Shown here: positions 54,208 through 64,000 of the stretch, piece by piece
How positions within the stretch are numbered: the stretch's first letter is position 1
Layout of the letters: every line of letters starts with the position of its first letter
DNA from: Podarcis melisellensis
Lineage: Eukaryota
DNA: 64,000 nucleotides
NCBI GenBank assembly: GCA_964234715.1
Contig: OZ174279.1
Direction: 5' to 3' (one strand)
Notes under the pieces: generated by a model
The model's database searches: none
What the model saw: the letters and a program-made list of their open reading frames with translations, nothing else
Told to the model about the DNA's origin: nothing
Program-made: the position numbers and the translations under genes

Positions 54208-54943
54208 GTTGTTCAGATGATGGGGGGCATGGGGGTGCTAGGAGTGGAGTAGTACTTCTGATAGTGGACATGATGTGCTCTTTCTGGGGTAGTTTGTCCC
54301 CCCTCAGTCCCAACTCTGCACTCAGCTCTCACCTATGGCTCCTAGAAGCTGTTAGCATAGGACAGTAGCCACACCCTGGGAAGAGCTTCACCTGGCCGGC
54401 TAAACCAGGTGAGGATAGCCAGTGGGTCTCAAACCCTCAGTGAGTCTGGGGCTTCCCCTGCATGTGAAGACAGTTTCCAACAGGTTGAGCGGACAAGACC
54501 AATAGCGGGTCCACTGGTCAGGAAGATGATTGCTGTATTGTAGAGGGGAGTGAGTGGCAGATGGGGTTCAACCACCTCTGAAGGTAGCTAGGAGAAGGAA
54601 AACTCTGATCCTAAACCTCCGCTGCCTAGCGGGATATCTGTGGGAGAAGAAATGGCTAAGGAGTAAACCCTACACAAATCTAGAGTCCCTAAGAAAGTTG
54701 GATGGTGCCTTGAATGCTTCCTTCCAGCAACTCCTGTAGCCAAGCTGGTTCCCAACACATTGCTCTGCTTTCCTTTGGGCCACATCAGTGAGGCCAAGAG
54801 GTGGGGTCTTGTCATCTGGACAGCCCAGGACCTCCCTACACACCACCAGGCTTGCATCCTGGAGAGATCACGTCAGTGCTGCTAATGCAACCACTTTGAC
54901 TTCACCCCTGGAGGCACACTCCATTGTCTATTGAGACAGACAG
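54208..54943 (+). mobile_element. Non-coding, probably RTE-clade non-autonomous retroelement or 5'UTR
   Basis: GC-richer structured block without an RT ORF. The motif ctaggagaaggaaaactctgatcctaaacc (54588-54617) resembles RTE 5'UTRs (recognised from memory, unverified). HDV-like fold near the 5' end. Confidence 0.55.
54232..54413 (+). ncRNA. Putative HDV-like ribozyme (degenerate copy)
   Basis: P1, P2, P3, P1.1 and J4/2 elements occur in HDV order; details are in findings. Confidence 0.5.
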
Positions 54944-55174
54944 AAACTAATCCCAAATGCTCACATGATGATAAGAAACGTGACTTCCCACAATAATTTA
55001 TATGCATAAGCATTCTATACCATTCACAGAAGACTGTCATATGGAAGAGATACTATCGCCCTCTTCTCTCTTTTGTTGTTATTGCTGGTAAAAACATTGT
55101 ATATATAGGTATTAGGGGAACTCTACTCCAAGAAGATTTGAGTAAGATCAATTCAAAGCTTTTAATTCAGCTAT

Positions 55175-55523
55175 AGGTAAAGTGACCCCTGACCATTAGG
55201 TCCAGTCGTGACCAGCTCTGGGGTTGCGGCGCTCATCTCGCTTTATCGGCCGGGGTAGCCGGCGTACAGCTTCCGGGTTATGTGGCCAGCATGACTAAGC
55301 CACTTCTGGTGAACCAGAGCAGCGCACAGAAACGCCGTTTACCTTCCCGCTGGAGCGGTACCTATTTATCTACTTCCACTTTGACATGCTTTCGAACTGC
55401 TAGGTTGGTAGGAGCAGGGACCAAGCAACGGGAGCTCACCCCGTCACGGGGATTCGAACTGCTGACCTTCTGATCAGCAAGTCCTAGGCTCTGTGGGTTA
55501 ACCCACAGCGCCACCGGCATCCC
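55175..55523 (-). mobile_element. Sauria SINE, full length
   Basis: TSD aattcagctat. Confidence 0.93.
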
Positions 55524-57409
55524 TAAATTCAGCTATTATCTAGTATCTATTCTGGGAAATTGTTCATTGGTCCACTGTGCACTTGGACACCGCTTAAGAT
55601 ATCATAATCATTTTTTTACATGATGGTTCCTGAGATCAAGGAGCAGGGTTTTTACCTGTTTGGATACAATTGGATTCCATGTTGAATCAAGAAGGTGGAC
55701 TGAACCCTTTCAAAATTGTACTGATTTTTCTTTTTTTCTTAGGACTTCCAAGCAATGCCAGACACAAGCCTGCTAGTAATTAATGTTTTAGGAAGGTCCT
55801 AAAATCTATAACGCTGTGTGTGCAAAAGCCTCTGTTCACGTGATGTATTAACACATATGCAACTTGCTTTTATGTGTGTCCATTATTCCACCTTCACTTG
55901 GGACTGCTTCATCAATGCAAGGGAGGGTGTGGTGAAGAGAGGCTGAAAAAGGAGTCATAAAGCTTTCCATGGAGAAGCTGTGGCTTTTCACTACGGAAAC
56001 AAACCCACACCTTTTCCCTCCCAAGAGCTGCAAAGAACAAACAAGCAAAAAACCCAGCTGACTGCAAAGCTGGTTATACAGGCTTAAATACCTTTGCTGC
56101 TGCTGCAGCTAGACAGCCCTCTACTTCCCTTTCCCTCCATTTGCCTGATTAGAAATATCTTTGCCACAACATGCAAATAATCAGTATTACCTGTTTCAAA
56201 AGGTTATGTGTCACTCAGGTCCTCTAAGTCTAAGCATGCATGCAAGGCCTATGGAGATGAGGAGCACTGGCTTTGCATCAACATGTTTACTCTTGCATTT
56301 TAAAACATACAGATTGCTGCTGCAGTCTAAGGCCAGTCTTCAAGAAGTCAGGCAACTGTTTGCCTTGCTTTTAGTCAAAGATTGGGAAGTACACCCAAAG
56401 ATCTTACAGATCGTCTATTAGGCAAATCGTATTCCAAGTACCGGCACTAGCTACCCCAAATGAGAAATGAGATTCCTTTATGGATGCTGCGATATGCGAA
56501 CAGCAAACGAAAGCGAGCAGCAGAGAACGTTTATGTGAGCAAGCATTGCATTGTCTCCTCATGACAAGGTAGTATAAGTGCAAGTAGATTTCTTTATAGA
56601 ATTTGTAATAAATTTACCCACGTTATGACTCACCAAAATATTTGCATGATGCCAGAATTCTTCCTATGGTTGAAAATGCAGAAAATCTTTCTAGAGCAGG
56701 GATGGAGCCACAATTAGGGAGCCACTAAAAAAGTCCATTTTGTTATTTTGTTTCTTAAGAAGGGTGTTTGTGAAGGGCAATGGATTGCTAAGATATTTTT
56801 GCATGTGTGTACAAACTGACTGCCTTGTGAGAAGGAAATTTCTCTCCAGTGAGCCATCAATGTGACTCTTAGCACCTCCATCTGTCTGCATAATTTCTCT
56901 ATGCTCTTATTTCTCTGTATCCAAAACTGTGCATTGCAGTGTATTACCATTATTGGGTTCGGACTGTACACAGAACAATTTAAGTCTGAACCTTTTTCTG
57001 TCTCTCTCTCTCCCTCCCCCATCCCTGTTCTAACAAATGATCTGTGTTTTCAATTCTGCTGTGTCAGCTTCCTGATCAGCAGGAAGGTAGAAAACTCATA
57101 TGGGTAAATTGTGTAACCATTCAAGAAGACAGTTTTACCTTAAAAAAAAAAAAGAAACTTAATTGCAGGGAGTTTTAATTTCTTTGAAGCAATGTAAACA
57201 ATACTTTTTAATCCACTTGTCATCACTTCATTGAAAGTTGTTGAGGACTAATGGCTTGCTGCCAAGAAGAAAAAGAAAAAGCTTACATAAGGCAAATACA
57301 ATGCAATTGTTACTTTGTAGGTAGTAACTATTTTGGGGTACCATTGCAAAGCTGCTCTGTAAACATGAAACTGCATTTTCCTGGACATTTGACTACATTT
57401 AACATTATA

Positions 57410-57617
57410 CAGTCGTACCTTGGTTGATGAACGCCTTGCGACTTGAACAATTTGGCTCCCAAGCACCGCAAACCCGGAAGTGAGTGATCCAATTCACAAA
57501 CGTTCTTTGGAACCCAAACATCCAATGCTGCTTCCTGAAGCCAATAGGAACCCATGCCTTGGTTTCCAAACATTTTGGAAGTCGAACGGATTCCGTTCAA
57601 CTTCCGAGGTACCACTG
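57410..57617 (+). mobile_element. MITE family A copy (internally deleted)
   Basis: CAGTCGTACCT...AGGTACCACTG ends with TA flanks. Confidence 0.85.
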
Positions 57618-57960
57618 TAGTCTTAAAATATGGAGATATCTTTAAGTGTTATGACCCATGCTAGGACTACCAATGAACAGCTGAATGAAAGACCCAAGGG
57701 CTGCCAGCTTAAAGCTCAAGGACAGAAGCATTTGACCCACTTTGTAAATTACAGAAGCCAAAGCCTGTTCCTGCACTAAAATACATTTCCCCACCTTCTG
57801 CAAACATTTTTAATTGATTGCAAATCATGTCCCCGTTTTATCTTCAATGCTTTAAAAGTAGCCGCTCAAATCACTATTTTAACAAGCACTTAGGAGTGGC
57901 AATTTAGAAAGCAGGTGTGCTACCATAACCTCATACCACATTTAAGTAGGGCATCAGGTA

Positions 57961-58495
57961 CAGTGGTGCCTCGCAAGAAGAAATTAATTCGTTCCACAAG
58001 TCTTTTCGTCTTGCGAGTTTTTCGTCTTGCGAAGCACGGTTTCCCATAGGAATGCATTGAAAATCAATCAATGCGTTCCTATGGAAACCGCCTTCAGACC
58101 AGGTCCAGGGACAGTCTGTCCCCCGACCTCTTCTGAAGGCCGGCGGGGGGCGAAAGTCTTTGCTTCCCCCCCGCCTGCCTTCCCGGGACAGCGGAGACTT
58201 CTTAAAATGCGATCTTAAAATGCTGGCGGGCGGCAGCGAACCCTTCGCTGCCGCCCGCCAGCATTTTAAAAACCTCGGGACAGCGGAGGAATTCTCCGCT
58301 GTCCCGGGGAGATTTAAAAGCCCCCGGGAAGGCAGGCAGGGGGGACAAAGACTTTTGCCCCCCGCCAGCCTTCAGAAGAGGTCCAGGACCTCTTCTGAAG
58401 GCGGGTGGGGGGCAAAGGTCTTTGCTCCCCCCCCCGCCTGCCTTCAAAAGCCCTCCGGGAGCATTTTAAAATCGCCCCGGGACAGCGGAGGAATT
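57961..58495 (+). mobile_element. Tigger-like non-autonomous element, family C (right end missing)
   Basis: ta|CAGTGGTGCCTCG left end. CpG-rich interior with nested palindromes. Confidence 0.7.
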
Positions 58496-59138
58496 CTCTT
58501 CCTTTTGATGACTCATCACTTCCTGTTGATTCTTATCTTAGGACATGGGTTGCTGAACAGGTATAAAATTGTGCGTGTATATGTGTGTGCACATACAGGT
58601 ATATATGTATAGAATACAACTTCAAGCAGAGAGGCAGAGGCTGCAATGGGAGGTGCTAAACCCTTTCCCAGCCCTGTCACCACAACACCTTCCTGAAACT
58701 GAGCTCATTTCCAGTCTCCAAGCCCAGACAGGGGGAAAAAAGCAGCTGGCTGAGAAAAGTTCACTAGCCTCTCTAGTTTGCTCTTCTTCCACTTGAAATG
58801 ACTACTCCCCACATTTTAGGTCTGTATGGTGCATTTTGTGCCTTAAGCCTAAACATCTATCCTGCATTTAACAAATGAGACAAATCAGTCCAATAATTAC
58901 TTTTTTTATTTAATTTTTTTTCTTGGAATGGCGTGATTTAGCTATCTGACAACATTTGAGGTGTTTAAACAGCTTGTACTATCGTGAAGTTTTCCTTCCT
59001 TTGTTATACAGCAACCAAACCATTATATGATATGCAGGAGTTTGAAACCATAAACTGAATTATAGGCACACAAAAGGCTCCACTGTAAGCACACACCTTA
59101 GCAACCACATTGCTCACAAATACTTATATTTATCCAGT

Positions 59139-59233
59139 TACAGATAGGTAGCCGTGTTGGTCTGCCATAGTCAAAACAAAAAATATTCCTTCCAGTAGCA
59201 CCTTAAAGACCAACTAAGTTAGTTCTTGGTATG
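59139..59233 (-). mobile_element. Penelope-like element terminal fragment
   Basis: ggtagccgtgttggtctg...gtagcaccttaaagaccaac resembles reptile Penelope ends. Perfect 15-bp flanking duplication ttatatttatccagt. Confidence 0.75.
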
Positions 59234-59543
59234 TTATATTTATCCAGTATGAAAGTAGCTTTATCATGTGATATGCTACATTTCATTTCTCCTGTGGAAT
59301 TGGATAGAGGAGACTTCAGTGTCAACAGACCTATCCTTACAGGTTTGTTCACCTGACACTCCTAATTAAGAACCTCCCCTCCCCACCCCACTCCCCAAAA
59401 TTGTCAGTATAACCTTCTCTTTAGAAAGAGCTCCCTTCAAAATGGTGGTGTATGGTATCTCACGTTATAGACCAGCAATTTAACACAGAGATACGCTGCA
59501 CACTGTATAACCACGATGCAGTCTCTTTTATGGATAGTTGTTC

Positions 59544-59549
59544 TTTATT
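59544..59549 (-). terminator. Candidate MINPP1 polyadenylation signal AATAAA
   Basis: First minus-strand AATAAA I found downstream of the stop (~1.5 kb), followed by GT-rich sequence. Confidence 0.35.
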
Positions 59550-59928
59550 AATTTTTCTTTAAAGCATGGTTTTTTTTAGCAGCAACTCTTGGTAAAAACC
59601 AAAACCAAAATCTTCAAAGTGTTTAGCAATACTGTATCCAAGATAATGCCCCACTAAAAAAACAACACTCCGGTTTCCAGGAATGGTTCATAGGAATGAA
59701 AAAAAGTTACAGAGAAACAGAGAGAGAAAAAGCCAAGACTGAGGTGATAATACTATTTTCAATTCTGAAAAACTAATTCCTGCTTCAATGCATGATTGAA
59801 TATATTTAGTTGGGAAAAGCAGTCTCTTTACAGTTTACATATGGAAACCACACCCAAGAATGGATTTAAAGGGGGAAGCCATATTAAAGCATCATGGATT
59901 TCCTCTTTAAAATGTACACTATGCACTA

Positions 59929-60169
59929 CAGTTGTACCTTGGTTTCCGAACAGCTAAGTTCTCAAACATTTTGGCTCCCGAACAGCGCAAACCAGGAAGT
60001 GACTATTCCGGTTTGCAAACTATTTTTGGAAGCTGAACATCTGACGGGGCTTCTGATTGGCTGCAGAAGCTTCCTGCAGCCAATCAGAAGTCATGCTTTG
60101 GTTTCCAAATATTTTGGAAGTCGAACGGACTACCAGAATGGATTCCGTTCGACTTCCAAGGTACAGCTG
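59929..60169 (+). mobile_element. MITE family A copy (probably within the MINPP1 3'UTR)
   Basis: Homologous to 291-540. Confidence 0.85.
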
Positions 60170-61025
60170 TGCTCTCTCTAGCTGAGCAATTTTGTTCGTT
60201 TTGAAACTGAACTCAAAGCAGTGACCCCCTTCTCTTCAATGTTATTATTATAGAATACCTGAATGCCCATCACAGATTGGCATCTGCCCAATTGGCAAAC
60301 GTACGACGCCTCTTTTTGAAGCCACAGAACCACATTATTGCTGGGCAAAAGCTACCAAAACAAAACACAAAAAAGACTGAATTATGAAAATAGATTATGC
60401 AGCACTGGTATTCTATTGCTTTACAATTTGGGGGTTGTGCGCAAATAGGTCATATTCAGAGCAGACCCATTAAAAACAGTAATTAGTAAAGCCCATTATT
60501 TCAGTGGACTATTTTGAGTATAACTTAACTAGATGCAACCTTTTATGCAAGGTCTCCAAAATACTTGGCAAAAACCAATTATTTTTTGTAAAACATAACC
60601 ATGAAAACCACCTGGAATCTTATATAAGAGATGTTTATACTTAGGAGATGTTTGTACATAAGAGGCTGTATTCACAAGTGAATATTCCAGTGAAGCAGCA
60701 ATTGAGATCCACGATAACTTCCAAACTATTCACATTAAATAACTGGCATAGCTATGAAGTAAACTGTATGCCAAATACCATGTGGTTACACCTAGATAAT
60801 TCTTGATCCTGAAAAAGGCAGCTTTTTTCCCAGAAACAGCTTCAGAGGTTTGTTTGAATGTTTTGAGATGTCCTGTATCTTTGTTTTTGTAATTTTGTTT
60901 TTGAATTTGAGAAACCAGTTTATGAAGTTGTTTTTTTAAAGTGTGATGGTACATCTTCCTAAAAAGTAGCAAAAGCAAAAGAGCTACATTTTATCAAACA
61001 CTTCCACACACAAAAAACGCTTCCT

Positions 61026-61437
61026 CTACTTTGTCCCCTTTATATACAGATCACCTTCAGTAGTATTTTTTGGCATGTCGCACACTTCGGAAAAGTGACA
61101 ATTTTGGAGGGCTTCATTATAGTGGTTTTTCAGGTCGGTGTACAAAGCAACTGTTTCTCCTGTGTGTGGAAATTGCAGCAGCTTCTCGTTGAGCAGTATC
61201 TGGATCTTGTACTCTTCCTTTGGAGTTGCGGCTTGATCACAGTGATAAAGCACAAACAACAGGTTTGCGGCATAAGGGACAATGCGGCCACTACGAAATT
61301 TCCGGTGCATCTGCCTGTGGTAGTTGTTAGCTTTAAGAGGCTCTTCGTCTTTGAAGTAGCCCATGAGAGCAAGGAGAGGTTGAAGGGTTTCTGCATGTCC
61401 AAACTGGAGGATCACGGGAGAGGAAATAGGCTTCGAA
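61026..61437 (-). CDS. MINPP1: MINPP1 last coding exon (multiple inositol polyphosphate phosphatase 1). Upstream exons lie beyond the window
   Basis: tttctag|T TCG AAG CCT. Translation [18 protein letters not shown]...[20 protein letters not shown] contains the Minpp HAE motif. Stop TAG at 61028-61026. Syntenic with PAPSS2. Confidence 0.94.
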
Positions 61438-63800
61438 CTAGAAAGTTTAAAAGCCAAGCAAAAGATGATTAGTCAGATGAATCTAAGGGTGGATCTACAC
61501 ATTCGGGGGAAAACACGCTATAAATAAGTCAGAAATTAAATCGTTATAACAAAAGAAAAAGAAACGCTATGGAAAATCACATATATATTTTTTTACTCTC
61601 CAGCACCATCTGGTATTGCATGTTTATAACGCATTCAAAACGCTGTTTTTTTTACTAATGTAGTGGAGTTCCAAGCAGTGAGGCACAACTACTGTATAGT
61701 TACAAGAATTAGCAAACTATGCTACTGTAAAAGAGTTGTTTTACTTTTGGTGGTCTGAACCGTAGGAATGGCATGCTAAAAAACACTTGGTCAAGAAATC
61801 ATTTTTTAAATAATAATAATAACAATAATATGTTATTTTAAAGAAAAGAACTAGAAGATTACAGAGTTCAATCTCATTCCCGGTTAAGAGATGACCTGCA
61901 GTTACAGCTGAGATCATGTGGATATTGGGGTGCAGTGGAAGAGAGCAATTCTCTAAAGAGAATGAATGGCAAAGCAGAGAATGTGCAACTCGCAACTCAT
62001 CTACAGATGATGCGCTCACTCTGTAGTGATTTTTTTGGCACATGAATGGCGACGACTTCATTCATCCTATTGTCCAGGCAAAGTGTCACAGCTTCTCTTG
62101 GATTAGTTTCTCTCCACTGCTACCCACCTGTTTAGAACGGCCATGTTATGGACCTTTCTCCCTGTACAACATACTAAAAATCCAACTGTTCCTCTCTGTC
62201 CTCGTGGCTACAACTCTGGTTTATGTAAGCCCTCTGGCCTCTTCCTCTTTCACATCTTAGTCCTCTCCCGTCTATCGAGAAACCAAAACCAAAATTATTC
62301 TCATTTCTCACTGATCTGACCACATCATTTGTTTCCTTCCCTGACTTCCCATGATCTTCTATAGTCAACAGAAAGCCTGGCCTTCAAGACCTCTCTCTGC
62401 CCCTGCTCAACCTATATTTTGACTCCTATTTCTCATTTTATCTCTGCCCATGATCTCCACTCCTCCACCTTGACAGTCAACTGACCCAATGCCTGTTTCA
62501 TTTCAGATTGTAAGTTCCTACAGCGTCTATGTTGCTTAGGTAACTCTAATGTACCGCGGTGATGGTACAATATAAAAAAGTAATGCAAAAGCAGCTGTCT
62601 AGTTTCTTCTCCCCAAAACTATTATCATCACTACTATTTATAGTTAATATATTTTTTAGAAAATTTAAAGGTCCGAGATCCCATGTTACTCATGATTCCA
62701 TGTGCTCATGTTATAGTAAAGCAGAATGTCAACTCCAGTATTTTTATTCTTTGTATGCTTTGAAGTAAGGTTGTGGATTTTTCTCAGTTTTCTCTTTTTG
62801 TAAACTGCTTTGAGGTGTGCCCCCCGCATCAAGTGGTGTATACATTTTAAGAAATGAATAAGTATCTTTAGAGAGTCCCAGCTAAACCAAGCTTCTCAGT
62901 AATAAGCTTGATAAGATACTTATCACACTATGCTGCCCCTACCTTTAGAAGCTTGTAACATAATCTATATAAAGGAACATACAGGTGTAACTATAATTTG
63001 CATTAGGGGAAACCATGCTTTACATATGTTGTGTTTTGTGAATGGAATAAACAAAGCCCAGTTCATAAATCCAGGTTTTCATCACAATTAAATGTAAAAA
63101 CTTTCAAGCCTTAGAATTATTAGCAGCAGCTATGACAAGCATACGAAGGCCAAGCAACAAGCCAAAGCTAAAATACAGTTTTTAATTCAACAGAGGAAAG
63201 TTCTTGGTACTTTAAGTTAACCTGTAACATCAAGAAGGAAATAAAATGCAACTACTTGTTTGACCTGTCCCATTTAGAGAAGAATGCTTTGAAGTATCCT
63301 GCTTCTGAAGTTTAAAAATGACACTTTGACATAATAAAGTACTGCACAAGTTATGTTATATCCTCAATTCTTTATAACCGGTCGCAAGCATTAAGGAAAT
63401 AAGATAGATTACTCATTTCTCCAAGAATTCATATACATATTTTTGTGCTTATGGTGGGGTAGTACAGAAGAAATTCCCCACCATACTGTGATTTAGCAAG
63501 CCCAAGAAAACAGACTAAAAACTGTTTTTACATAAGGAAATGAAGGTATACAATTTCCCCTTTCCCATAATTACTGACCCAATGCAAACAACAAATACCA
63601 AATTTCCTTCTTTTCTTTCTTTCTTTTATTTTATTAAGAAAACCAACACAAGTGAATTTAGTCTTTGGTCAGGATGAACATTTTAGCTGTTTGATGAGAT
63701 GCTTCCTTTACCAAAGTAATTGCTTCCTATAGTCTTTACCATGTGGCCTGTGCTTCTTAGTACATGCTTCTTACATTCAGGTTTCTCTGATGCATAGCCT

Positions 63801-64000
63801 AAAGGTAAAGGGACCCCTGACCATAAGGTCCAGTCGTGGCCGACTCTGGGGTTGTGACGCTCATTTTGCTTTATTGGCTGAGGGAGCCGGCGTACAGCTT
63901 CCAGGTCATGTGACCAGCATGACTAAACCGCTTCTAGCGAACCAGAGCAGCGCACGGAAACGCCGTTTACCTTCCTGCTGGAGCGGTACCTATTTATCTA
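63801..64000 (-). mobile_element. Sauria SINE 3' part, cut by the window end, in the last MINPP1 intron
   Basis: Homology to the other copies. Confidence 0.92.

Noticed and set aside
61029-61043. C-terminal IKGTK as a dilysine ER-retrieval motif
   Set aside because: The lysines are at -4 and -1, not -3/-4 or -3/-5, and the motif works on cytosolic tails of membrane proteins, whereas this exon has no TM segment.

Overview
Vertebrate genomic DNA, almost certainly from a squamate and probably a lacertid lizard, inferred from Sauria SINEs, a Squam3-like SINE and BovB. The window contains the whole coding region of PAPSS2 (bifunctional APS kinase/ATP sulfurylase) on the minus strand. It has 12 constitutive coding exons from 41225 to 108, giving 1845 nt and 614 aa. 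Other PAPSS2 features are a CpG-island promoter, a GC-AG intron and a candidate 30-nt cassette microexon. The last coding exon of MINPP1 (61437-61026, minus) lies upstream, matching the conserved MINPP1-PAPSS2 gene order. The rest is intronic or intergenic DNA rich in SINEs, LINE fragments (L2, CR1, BovB, Penelope) and Tc1/mariner- and hAT-type MITEs. The main leads are (1) an HDV-like self-cleaving ribozyme fold with an unusual L3 insertion at the 5' end of a ~730-bp non-coding RTE-like element (54232-54413), (2) apparent loss of the C-terminal ER-retention signal of MINPP1, and (3) the PAPSS2 microexon and GC donor. All calls were made by eye; no searches were run.
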